Shown here in pieces: positions 25,601 through 40,600 of a DNA stretch of 64,000 bases (position 1 is its first letter; the number at the start of each line of letters is the position of its first letter). Made by a program: the position numbers and the translations under genes. Source of the stretch: Mobula hypostoma (Eukaryota); assembly GCF_963921235.1 (NCBI RefSeq), contig NC_086108.1:56174001-56238000 (forward strand), written 5' to 3'. Below the pieces are notes generated by a model. That model had not been told where the DNA came from. It ran no database searches and saw only the letters and a list, made by a program, of their open reading frames with translations.

Positions 25601-28600
25601 ACTCTACAGAGACTGTCCTATATCACCATCACTCCACAGAGATTATCCTATATCATCACCACTCTGTAGAGACTGTCCTATATCATCACCATTCCACAGA
25701 GACTGTCTGATATCATCACCTCCACAGAGACTGTCCTATATCATCACCACTCCACAGAGACTATCCTATATCATCACCACTCTGTAGAGACTATCCAATA
25801 TCATCACCACTCCACAGAGACTGTCCTAAATCATCTTCACCACTCCACACAGACGGTCGTACATCATCACTCCACCGAGACTGTCCTATATCATCACCAC
25901 TGGACCGAGACTGTCGTATATCACCACCACTCCACAGAGACTGTTGAACTTCCTCACCACTCCACCGAGACTGTCCTAAATTATCACCACTCCACAGAGA
26001 CTGTTGTACATCCTCACTACTCCACCGAGACTGTCCTGAATTATCACCACTCCACAGAGACTGTTCTATATCATCACCACTCCACTGAGACTGTCCTATA
26101 TCATCAACACAGAGACGGTCCTATATCAGCAACACAGAGGCGGTCCTAAATCATCACCACTCCACAGAGACTGTCCTATATTATTACCACTCCACAGAGA
26201 CTGTCCTAAATCATCACCACTCTACAGAGACTGTCCTATATCACCACCACTCCACAGAGATTATCCTATATCATCACCACTCTGTAGACTGTCCTACATC
26301 ACCACCACTCCATAGAGACTGTCCGATATCATCACCACTCCACAGAGACTTTACTATATCATCACCACTCCACAGACACTGCCCCATATAATCACCACTC
26401 CACAGTGACTGTTCGATATCATCACTACTCCACTGAGACAGTCCTATAACATCACCACTCCACAGAGACTGTCCTATATCATCACCACTCCATAGAGACT
26501 GTCCTAAATCATCATCACCACTCCACAGCGACTGTCCAATATCATCACCACTCCACAGAGACTGCCCTAAATCATCACCACTGCACCGAGACTGTCGTAT
26601 ATCACCACCAACCCACAGAGACTGTTGTACATCCTCACCACTCCTCCGAGACTATCCTAAATTATCACCACTCCACAGAGACTGTTGTGCATCCTCACTA
26701 CTCCACCGAGACTGTCCTAAATTATTCCCACTCCACAGAGACTGTTCTATATCATCACCACTCCACTGAGACTGTCCTATATCATCACCACTCCACAGAA
26801 ACTGTCCTATATTATGAACACTCCACAGAGACTGTCCTATATCATCACCACTCCACAGAGACTGTCCTAAATCATCAGCACTCCACAGAGACTGTTGTAC
26901 GTCCTCACTACTCCACCGAGACTGTCCTAAATTATCACCACTCCACAGAGAAGGTTCTATATCATCACCACTCCACAAAGACTTTCCTATATCATCAACA
27001 CAGAGACGGTCCTAAATCATCACCACTCCACAGAGACTGTCCTGTATTATTACCACTCCACAGAGACTGTCCTAAATCATCACCACTCTACAGAGACGGT
27101 CCTATATCATCAACACAGAGGCGGTCCTAAATTATCACCACTCCACAGAGACTGTCCTATATTATTACCACTCCACAGAGACTGTCCTAAATCATCACCA
27201 CTCTACAGAGACTGTCCTATCTCACCACCACTCCACAGAGATTATCCTATATCATCACCACTCTGTAGACTGTCCTACATCACCACCACTCCATAGAGAC
27301 TGTCCGATATCATCACCACTCCACAGAGACTTTCCTATATCATCACTACTCCACAGAGACTGTTCTATATCATCACCACTCCATAGAGACTGTCCTAAAT
27401 CATCATCACCACTCCACAGCGACTGTCCAATATCATCACCACTCCACAGAGACTGTCCTACATCATCTTCACCACTCCACACAGACGGTCGTACATCATC
27501 ACTCCACCGAGACTGTCGTATATCATCACCAACCCACAGAGACTGTTGTACATCCTCACCACTCCACCGAGACTATCCTAAATTATCACCACTCCACAGA
27601 GACTGTTGTACATCCTCACTACTCCACCGAGACTGTCCTAAATTATGACCACTCCGCAGAGACTGTTCTATATCATCACCACTCCACAGAGACTGTCCTA
27701 TATTATTACCACTCCACAGAGACTGTCCTAAATCATCACCACTCTACAGAGACTGTCCTATATCACCACCACTCCACAGAGATTATCCTATATCATCAAC
27801 ACTCTGTAGAGACTGTCCTATATCATCACCACTCCACAGAGACTGTCCGATATCATCACCACTCCACAGAGACTGTCCTAAATCATCACCAATGCACCGA
27901 GACTGTCGTATATCACCCCACCAACCCAAAGAAACTGTTGTACATCCTAACTACTCCACTGAGACGGTCCTAAATTATCACCACTCCACAGAGACTGTTG
28001 TACATCCTCACTACTCCACCGAGACTGTCCTAAATTATCACCACTCCACAAAGACTGTTCTCTATCATCACCACTCCACTGAGACTGTCCTATATCATCA
28101 CCACTCCACAGAAACTGTCCTATATTATGAACACTCCACAGAGACTGTCCTATATCATCACCACTCGACAGAGACTGTCCTAAATCATCACCACTCCACA
28201 GAGACTGTTGTACATCCTCTCTACTCCACCGAGACTGTCCTAAATTATCACCACACCGCAGAGAAGGTTCCATATCATCACCTCTCCACAGACACTGTCC
28301 GATATCATCACCTCCACAGAGACTGTCCTAAATTATCACCACTCCACAGAGACTGTTGTACATCCTCACTACTCCACAGAGACTGTTCAAATTATCACCA
28401 CTCCACAGAGACTGTTCTATATCATCACCACTCCACTGAGACTGTCCTATATCATCAACACAGAGACGGTCCTATATCATCAACACAGAGGCTGTCCTAA
28501 ATCATCACCACTCCACAGAAACTGTCCTATATCATTACCACTCCACAGAGACTGTCCTAAGTCATCACCACTCTACAGAGACTGTCCTATATCACCACCA

Positions 28601-31600
28601 CTCCACAGAGATTATCCTATATCATCACCACTCTGTAGACTGTCCTACATCACCACCACTCCATAGAGACTGTCCGATATCATCACCACTCCACAGACAC
28701 TTTCCTATATCATCACCACTCCACAGAGACTGCCCCATATAGTCACCACTCCACAGACTGTCCTATATCATCACCGCTCCACAGAGACTGTCCTATATAT
28801 TTACCACTCCACTGAGACTGTCCTAAATCATCACCACTGCTCAGAGACTGTCCTATATCATCACCACTCCACAGAGACTGTTGAACTTCCTCACCACTCC
28901 GCCGAGAATGTCCTAAATTATCACCACTCCACAGAGACTGTTGTGCATCCTCACTACTCCACCGAGACTGTCCTGAATTATCACCACTCCACAGAGACTG
29001 TTGAACTTCCTCACTACTCCACCGAGACTGTCCTAAATTATCGTCACTCCACAGAGTCTGTTCTATATTATTACCACTCCACAGAGAATGTCCTAAATCA
29101 TCACCACTCTACAGAGACTGTCCTATATCGCCACCACTCCACAGAGATTATCCTACATCATCACCACTCTGTAGAGACTGTCCAATATCATCACCACTCC
29201 ACAGAGACTGTGCAATATCATCACCACTCCACAGAGACTGTCCTATATCATCAGCACTCCACAGAGACTGTCCAATATCATCACTACTCCACTGAGACGG
29301 TCTAATATCATCACTACTCCACTGAGTCTGCCCTATATCATCACCACTCCTCAGAGACTGTCCTAAATCATCACCACTCCACAGAGACAGTTCTATATCA
29401 TCACCGCTCCACAGAAACTGTCCTATATCATCTCCACTCCACTGAGACTGTCCTAAATCATCACCACTCCTCAGAGACTGTCCTATATCATCACCACTCA
29501 ACAGAGACTATCCTATATCATCACCACTCCACAGACACTGTCCGATATTATCACCACTCCACTGAGACTGTACTACGTCATCACCACTTACACAGTGACT
29601 GTCCTAAATGAAATTCACCACTTCACTAAGACTGTCCTATATCATCACCACTCCACAGCAACTGTCCGTTATCATCACCACTCCACAGAGACTGTCCTAA
29701 ATCATCTTCACCACTCTACAGGGACGGTCATACATCATCACTCCACTGAGACTGTCCTATATCATCACCACTGCACCGAGACTGTCGTATATCACCACCA
29801 CTCCACAGAGACTGTCCTAAATTATCACCACTCCACAGAGACTGTTGTACATCCTCACTTCTCCAACGAGACTGTCCTAAATTATCACCACTCCACAGAG
29901 ACTGTTGTACATCCTCACCACTCCACCGAGACTGTCCTAAATTATCACCACTCCACAGAGACTGTTGTACATCCTCACTACTCCACCGAGACTGTCCTAA
30001 ATTATCATCACTCCACAGAGACTGTCCTATATTATTACCACTCCACAGAGACCGTCTTATATCACCACCAACCCACAATGACTGTTGTACATCCTCACCA
30101 CTCCACCGAGACTATCCTAAATTATCACCACTCCACAGAGACTGTTCTATATCATCACAACTCCAGCAAAATTGTCCTATATCATCAACACAGAGACGGT
30201 CCTAAATCATCACCACTCCGCAGAGACTGTCCGATATCATCACCACTCCACAGAGACTTTCCTATATCATCACTACTCCACTGAGACTGTCCTATATCAT
30301 CACTACTCCACTGAGGCGGTCTAATATCATCACTACTCCACTGAGACTGCCCTATATCATCACCACTCCACAGAGACTATCCGAAATCATCACCTCCACA
30401 GAGACTGTCCTATGTCATCACCACTCCACAGAGACTGTCCTATATCATCACCACTGCACAGAAACTGTCCTATATCATCACCACTCCATAGAGACTGTCC
30501 TAAATACTCATCACCACTCCACAGAAACTGTCCTATATTATGAACACTCCACAGAGACTGTCCTATATCATCACCACTCGACAGAGACTGTCCTATATTA
30601 TGAACACTCCACAGAGACTGTCCTATATCATCACCACTCGACAGAGACTGTCCTAAATTATCACCACTCCACAGAGACTGTTCTATATCATCACCACTCC
30701 ACTGAGACTGTCCTATATCATCACCACTCCACAGAAACTGCCCTATATTATGAACACTCCACAGAGACTGTCCTATATCATCACCACTCGACAGAGACTG
30801 TCCTAAATCATCACCACTCCACAGAGACTGTTGTACGTCCTCTCTACTCCACCGAGACTGTCCTAAATTATCACCACACCGCAGAGAATGTTCTATATCA
30901 TCACCACTCCACAGACACTGTCCGATATCATCACCTCCACAGAGACTGTCCTAAATTATCACCACTCCACAGAGACTGTTGTACATCCTCACTACTCCAC
31001 CAAGACTGTCCTAAATTATCACCACTCCACAGAGACTGTTCTGTATCAGCACCACTCCACTGAGACTGTCCTATATCATCAACACAGAGACGGTCCTATA
31101 TCATCAACACAGAGGCGGTCCTAAATCATCACCACTCCACAGAAACTGTCCTATATCATTACCACTCCACAGAGACTGTCCTAAATCATCACCACTCTAC
31201 AGAGACTGTCCTATATCACCACCACTCCACAGAGATTATCCTATATCATCACCACTCTGTAGACTGTCCTACATCACCACCACTCCATAGAGACTGTCCG
31301 ATATCATCCCCACTCCACAGACACTTTCTTATATCATCACCACTCCACAGAGACTGCCCCATATAGTCACCACTCCACAGTGACTGTTCGATATCATCAC
31401 TACTCCACTGAGACAGTCCTATATCATCACCACTCCACAGAGACTGTCCTATATCATCACCACTCCATAGAGACTGTCCTAAATCATAATCACCACTCCA
31501 CAGCGGCTGTCCGATATCATCACCACTCCACCGAGACTGTCCTAAATTATCACCACTCCACAGAGACTGTTGTACATCCTCACTACTCCACCGAGACTGT

Positions 31601-34600
31601 CCTGAATTATCACCACTCCACAGAGACTGTTCTATATCATCACCACTCCACTGAGACTGTCCTATATCATCAACACAGAGACGGTCCTATATCAGCAACA
31701 CAGAGGCGGTCCTAAATCATCACCACTCCACAGAGACTGTCCTATATTATTACCACTCCACAGAGACTGTCCTAAATCATCACCACTCTACAGAGACTGT
31801 CCTATATCACCACCACTCCACAGAGATTATCCTATATCATCACCACTCTGTAGACTGTCCTACATCACCACCACTCCATAGAGACTGTCCGATATCATCA
31901 CCACTCCACAGAGACTTTACTATATCATCACCACTCCACAGACACTGCCCCATATAATCACCACTCCACAGTGACTGTTCGATATCATCACTACTCCACT
32001 GAGACAGTCCTATAACATCACCACTCCACAGAGACTGTCCTATATCATCACCACTCCATAGAGACTGTCCTAAATCATCATCACCACTCCACAGCGACTG
32101 TCCAATATCATCACCACTCCACAGAGACTGCCCTAAATCATCACCACTGCACCGAGACTGTCGTATATCACCACCAACCCACAGAGACTGTTGTACATCC
32201 TCACCACTCCTCCGAGACTATCCTAAATTATCACCACTCCACAGAGACTGTTGTGCATCCTCACTACTCCACCGAGACTGTCCTAAATTATTCCCACTCC
32301 ACAGAGACTGTTCTATATCATCACCACTCCACTGAGACTGTCCTATATCATCACCACTCCACAGAAACTGTCCTATATTATGAACACTCCACAGAGACTG
32401 TCCTATATCATCACCACTCCACAGAGACTGTCCTAAATCATCAGCACTCCACAGAGACTGTTGTACGTCCTCACTACTCCACCGAGACTGTCCTAAATTA
32501 TCACCACTCCACAGAGAAGGTTCTATATCATCAGCACTCCACAGAGACTTTCCTATATCATCAACACAGAGACGGTCCTAAATCATCACCACTCCACAGA
32601 GACTGTCCTGTATTATTACCACTCCACAGAGACTGTCCTAAATCATCACCACTCTACAGAGACGGTCCTATATCATCAACACAGAGGCGGTCCTAAATTA
32701 TCACCACACCACAGAGACTGTCCTATATTATTACCACTCCACAGAGACTGTCCTAAATCATCACCACTCTACAGAGACTGTCCTATCTCACCACCACTCC
32801 ACAGAGATTATCCTATATCATCACCACTCTGTAGACTGTCCTACATCACCACCACTCCATAGAGACTGTCCGATATCATCACCACTCCACAGAGACTTTC
32901 CTATATCATCACTACTCCACAGAGACTGTTCTATATCATCACCACTCCATAGAGACTGTCCTAAATCATCATCACCACTCCACAGCGACTGTCCAATATC
33001 ATCACCACTCCACAGAGACTGTCCTACATCATCTTCACCACTCCACACAGACGGTCGTACATCATCACTCCACCGAGACTGTCGTATATCATCACCAACC
33101 CACAGAGACTGTTGTACATCCTCACCACTCCACCGAGACTATCCTAAATTATCACCACTCCACAGAGACTGTTGTACATCCTCACTACTCCACCGAGACT
33201 GTCCTAAATTATGACCACTCCGCAGAGACTGTTCTATATCATCACCACTCCACAGAGACTGTCCTATATTATTACCACTCCACAGAGACTGTCCTAAATC
33301 ATCACCACTCTACAGAGACTGTCCTATATCACCACCACTCCACAGAGATTATCCTATATCATCAACACTCTGTAGAGACTGTCCTATATCATCACCACTC
33401 CACAGAGACTGTCCGATATCATCACCACTCCACAGAGACTGTCCTAAATCATCACCAATGCACCGAGACTGTCGTATATCACCCCACCAACCCAAAGAAA
33501 CTGTTGTACATCCTAACTACTCCACTGAGACGGTCCTAAATTATCACCACTCCACAGAGACTGTTGTACATCCTCACTACTCCACCGAGACTGTCCTAAA
33601 TTATCACCACTCCACAAAGACTGTTCTCTATCATCACCACTCCACTGAGACTGTCCTATATCATCACCACTCCACAGAAACTGTCCTATATTATGAACAC
33701 TCCACAGAGACTGTCCTATATCATCACCACTCGACAGAGACTGTCCTAAATCATCACCACTCCACAGAGACTGTTGTACATCCTCTCTACTCCACCGAGA
33801 CTGTCCTAAATTATCACCACACCGCAGAGAAGGTTCCATATCATCACCTCTCCGCAGACACTGTCCGATATCATCACCTCCACAGAGACTGTCCTAAATT
33901 ATCACCACTCCACAGAGACTGTTGTACATCCTCACTACTCCACAGAGACTGTTCAAATTATCACCACTCCACAGAGACTGTTCTATATCATCACCACTCC
34001 ACTGAGACTGTCCTATATCATCAACACAGAGACGGTCCTATATCATCAACACAGAGGCTGTCCTAAATCATCACCACTCCACAGAAACTGTCCTATATCA
34101 TTACCACTCCACAGAGACTGTCCTAAGTCATCACCACTCTACAGAGACTGTCCTATATCACCACCACTCCACAGAGATTATCCTATATCATCACCACTCT
34201 GTAGACTGTCCTACATCACCACCACTCCATAGAGACTGTCCGATATCATCACCACTCCACAGACACTTTCCTATATCATCACCACTCCACAGAGACTGCC
34301 CCATATAGTCACCACTCCACAGACTGTCCTATATCATCACCGCTCCACAGAGACTGTCCTATATATTTACCACTCCACTGAGACTGTCCTAAATCATCAC
34401 CACTGCTCAGAGACTGTCCTATATCATCACCACTCCACAGAGACTGTTGAACTTCCTCACCACTCCGCCGAGAATGTCCTAAATTATCACCACTCCACAG
34501 AGACTTTTGTGCATCCTCACTACTCCACCGAGACTGTCCTAAATTATCACCACTCCACAGAGACTGTTGAACTTCCTCACTACTCCACCGAGACTGTCCT

Positions 34601-37600
34601 AAATTATCGTCACTCCACAGAGTCTGTTCTATATTATTACCACTCCACAGAGAATGTCCTAAATCACCACCACTCCACAGAGACTGTCCGATATCATCAC
34701 TACTCCACAGAGACTTTCCTATATCATCACCACTCCACAAAGACTGACCAATGTCATCACCACTCCACAGACTGTCCTATATCATCACCGCTCCACAGAG
34801 ACTGTCCTATATATTTACCACTCCACTGAGACTGTCCTAAATCATCACCACTCCTCAGAGACTGTCCTATATCATCACCACTCCACAGACACTGTCCGAT
34901 ATTATCACAACTCCACTGAGACTGTAATATGTCATCACCACTTACACAGTGACTGTCCTAAATCATCTTCACCACTCCACTAAGACTGTCCTATATAATC
35001 ACCACTCCACAGGAACTGTCCTATATCATCACCACTCCACAGAGACTGTCCTAAATCATCTTCACCACTCTACAGAGACGGTCATACATCATCACTCCAC
35101 TGAGACTGTCCTATATCATCACCACTGCACCGAGACTGTCGTATATCACCACCACTCCACAGAGACTGTCTGATATCATCACCTCCACAGAGACTGTCCT
35201 ATATCATCACCACTCCACAGAGACTATCCTATATCATCACCACTCTGTAGAGACTATCCAATATCATCACCACTCCACAGAGACTGTCCTAAATCATCTT
35301 CACCACTCCACACAGACGGTCGTACATCATCACTCCACCGAGACTGTCCTATATCATCACCACTGGACCGAGACTGTCGTATATCACCACCACTCCACAG
35401 AGACTGTTGAACTTCCTCACCACTCCACCGAGACTGTCCTAAATTATCACCACTCCACAGAGACTGTTGTACATCCTCACTACTCCACCGAGACTGTCCT
35501 AAATTTTCACCACTCCACAGAGACTGTCCTAAATCATCACCACTCCACAGAGACTGTTGTACGTCCTCACTACTCCACCGTGACTGTCCTAAATTATCAC
35601 CAGTCCGCAGAGAAGGTTCTATATCATCACCACTCCACAAAGACTTTCCTATATCATCAACACAGAGACGGTCCTAAATCATCACCACTCCACAGAGACT
35701 GTCCTGTATTATTACCACTCCACAGAGACTGTCCTAAATCATCACCACTCTACAGAGACTGTCCTATATCACCATCACTCCACAGAGATTATCCTATATC
35801 ATCACCACTCTGTAGAGACTGTCCTATATCATCACCATTCCACAGAGACTGTCTGATATCATCACCTCCACAGAGACTGTCCTATATCATCACCACTCCA
35901 CAGAGACTATCCTATATCATCACCACTCTGTAGAGACTATCCAATATCATCACCACTCCACAGAGACTGTCCTAAATCATCTTCACCACTCCACACAGAC
36001 GGTCGTACATCATCACTCCACCGAGACTGTCCTATATCATCACCACTGGACCGAGACTGTCGTATATCACCACCACTCCACAGAGACTGTTGAACTTCCT
36101 CACCACTCCACCGAGACTGTCCTAAATTATCACCACTCCACAGAGACTGTTGTACATCCTCACTACTCCACCGAGACTGTCCTGAATTATCACCACTCCA
36201 CAGAGACTGTTCTATATCATCACCACTCCACTGAGACTGTCCTATATCATCAACACAGAGACGGTCCTATATCAGCAACACAGAGGCGGTCCTAAATCAT
36301 CACCACTCCACAGAGACTGTCCTATATTATTACCACTCCACAGAGACTGTCCTAAATCATCACCACTCTACAGAGACTGTCCTATATCACCACCACTCCA
36401 CAGAGATTATCCTATATCATCACCACTCTGTAGACTGTCCTACATCACCACCACTCCATAGAGACTGTCCGATATCATCACCACTCCACAGAGACTTTAC
36501 TATATCATCACCACTCCACAGACACTGCCCCATATAATCACCACTCCACAGTGACTGTTCGATATCATCACTACTCCACTGAGACAGTCCTATAACATCA
36601 CCACTCCACAGAGACTGTCCTATATCATCACCACTCCATAGAGACTGTCCTAAATCATCATCACCACTCCACAGCGACTGTCCAATATCATCACCACTCC
36701 ACAGAGACTGCCCTAAATCATCACCACTGCACCGAGACTGTCGTATATCACCACCAACCCACAGAGACTGTTGTACATCCTCACCACTCCTCCGAGACTA
36801 TCCTAAATTATCACCACTCCACAGAGACTGTTGTGCATCCTCACTACTCCACCGAGACTGTCCTAAATTATTCCCACTCCACAGAGACTGTTCTATATCA
36901 TCACCACTCCACTGAGACTGTCCTATATCATCACCACTCCACAGAAACTGTCCTATATTATGAACACTCCACAGAGACTGTCCTATATCATCACCACTCC
37001 ACAGAGACTGTCCTAAATCATCAGCACTCCACAGAGACTGTTGTACGTCCTCACTACTCCACCGAGACTGTCCTAAATTATCACCACTCCACAGAGAAGG
37101 TTCTATATCATCACCACTCCACAAAGACTTTCCTATATCATCAACACAGAGACGGTCCTAAATCATCACCACTCCACAGAGACTGTCCTGTATTATTACC
37201 ACTCCACAGAGACTGTCCTAAATCATCACCACTCTACAGAGACGGTCCTATATCATCAACACAGAGGCGGTCCTAAATTATCACCACTCCACAGAGACTG
37301 TCCTATATTATTACCACTCCACAGAGACTGTCCTAAATCATCACCACTCTACAGAGACTGTCCTATCTCACCACCACTCCACAGAGATTATCCTATATCA
37401 TCACCACTCTGTAGACTGTCCTACATCACCACCACTCCATAGAGACTGTCCGATATCATCACCACTCCACAGAGACTTTCCTATATCATCACTACTCCAC
37501 AGAGACTGTTCTATATCATCACCACTCCATAGAGACTGTCCTAAATCATCATCACCACTCCACAGCGACTGTCCAATATCATCACCACTCCACAGAGACT

Positions 37601-40600
37601 GTCCTACATCATCTTCACCACTCCACACAGACGGTCGTACATCATCACTCCACCGAGACTGTCGTATATCATCACCAACCCACAGAGACTGTTGTACATC
37701 CTCACCACTCCACCGAGACTATCCTAAATTATCACCACTCCACAGAGACTGTTGTACATCCTCACTACTCCACCGAGACTGTCCTAAATTATTCCCACTC
37801 CACAGAGACTGTTCTATATCATCACCACTCCACTGAGACTGTCCTATATCATCACCACTCCACAGAAACTGTCCTATATTATGAACACTCCACAGAGACT
37901 GTCCTATATCATCACCACTCCACAGAGACTGTCCTAAATCATCAGCACTCCACAGAGACTGTTGTACGTCCTCACTACTCCACCGAGACTGTCCTAAATT
38001 ATCACCACTCCACAGAGAAGGTTCTATATCATCACCACTCCACAAAGACTTTCCTATATCATCAACACAGAGACGGTCCTAAATCATCACCACTCCACAG
38101 AGACTGTCCTGTATTATTACCACTCCACAGAGACTGTCCTAAATCATCACCACTCTACAGAGACGGTCCTATATCATCAACACAGAGGCGGTCCTAAATT
38201 ATCACCACTCCACAGAGACTGTCCTATATTATTACCACTCCACAGAGACTGTCCTAAATCATCACCACTCTACAGAGACTGTCCTATCTCACCACCACTC
38301 CACAGAGATTATCCTATATCATCACCACTCTGTAGACTGTCCTACATCACCACCACTCCATAGAGACTGTCCGATATCATCACCACTCCACAGAGACTTT
38401 CCTATATCATCACTACTCCACAGAGACTGTTCTATATCATCACCACTCCATAGAGACTGTCCTAAATCATCATCACCACTCCACAGCGACTGTCCAATAT
38501 CATCACCACTCCACAGAGACTGTCCTACATCATCTTCACCACTCCACACAGACGGTCGTACATCATCACTCCACCGAGACTGTCGTATATCATCACCAAC
38601 CCACAGAGACTGTTGTACATCCTCACCACTCCACCGAGACTATCCTAAATTATCACCACTCCACAGAGACTGTTGTACATCCTCACTACTCCACCGAGAC
38701 TGTCCTAAATTATGACCACTCCGCAGAGACTGTTCTATATCATCACCACTCCACAGAGACTGTCCTATATTATTACCACTCCACAGAGACTGTCCTAAAT
38801 CATCACCACTCTACAGAGACTGTCCTATATCACCACCACTCCACAGAGATTATCCTATATCATCAACACTCTGTAGAGACTGTCCTATATCATCACCACT
38901 CCACAGAGACTGTCCGATATCATCACCACTCCACAGAGACTGTCCTAAATCATCACCAATGCACCGAGACTGTCGTATATCACCCCACCAACCCAAAGAA
39001 ACTGTTGTACATCCTAACTACTCCACTGAGACGGTCCTAAATTATCACCACTCCACAGAGACTGTTGTACATCCTCACTACTCCACCGAGACTGTCCTAA
39101 ATTATCACCACTCCACAAAGACTGTTCTCTATCATCACCACTCCACTGAGACTGTCCTATATCATCACCACTCCACAGAAACTGTCCTATATTATGAACA
39201 CTCCACAGAGACTGTCCTATATCATCACCACTCGACAGAGACTGTCCTAAATCATCACCACTCCACAGAGACTGTTGTACATCCTCTCTACTCCACCGAG
39301 ACTGTCCTAAATTATCACCACACCGCAGAGAAGGTTCCATATCATCACCTCTCCACAGACACTGTCCGATATCATCACCTCCACAGAGACTGTCCTAAAT
39401 TATCACCACTCCACAGAGACTGTTGTACATCCTCACTACTCCACAGAGACTGTTCAAATTATCACCACTCCACAGAGACTGTTCTATATCATCACCACTC
39501 CACTGAGACTGTCCTATATCATCAACACAGAGACGGTCCTATATCATCAACACAGAGGCTGTCCTAAATCATCACCACTCCACAGAAACTGTCCTATATC
39601 ATTACCACTCCACAGAGACTGTCCTAAGTCATCACCACTCTACAGAGACTGTCCTATATCACCACCACTCCACAGAGATTATCCTATATCATCACCACTC
39701 TGTAGACTGTCCTACATCACCACCACTCCATAGAGACTGTCCGATATCATCACCACTCCACAGACACTTTCCTATATCATCACCACTCCACAGAGACTGC
39801 CCCATATAGTCACCACTCCACAGACTGTCCTATATCATCACCGCTCCACAGAGACTGTCCTATATATTTACCACTCCACTGAGACTGTCCTAAATCATCA
39901 CCACTGCTCAGAGACTGTCCTATATCATCACCACTCCACAGAGACTGTTGAACTTCCTCACCACTCCGCCGAGAATGTCCTAAATTATCACCACTCCACA
40001 GAGACTGTTGTGCATCCTCACTACTCCACCGAGACTGTCCTAAATTATCACCACTCCACAGAGACTGTTGAACTTCCTCACTACTCCACCGAGACTGTCC
40101 TAAATTATCGTCACTCCACAGAGTCTGTTCTATATTATTACCACTCCACAGAGAATGTCCTAAATCATCACCACTCTACAGAGACTGTCCTATATCGCCA
40201 CCACTCCACAGAGATTATCCTACATCATCACCACTCTGTAGAGACTGTCCAATATCATCACCACTCCACAGAGACTGTGCAATATCATCACCACTCCACA
40301 GAGACTGTCCTATATCATCAGCACTCCACAGAGACTGTCCAATATCATCACTACTCCACTGAGACGGTCTAATATCATCACTACTCCACTGAGTCTGCCC
40401 TATATCATCACCACTCCTCAGAGACTGTCCTAAATCATCACCACTCCACAGAGACAGTTCTATATCATCACCGCTCCACAGAAACTGTCCTATATCATCT
40501 CCACTCCACTGAGACTGTCCTAAATCATCACCACTCCTCAGAGACTGTCCTATATCATCACCACTCAACAGAGACTATCCTATATCATCACCACTCCACA

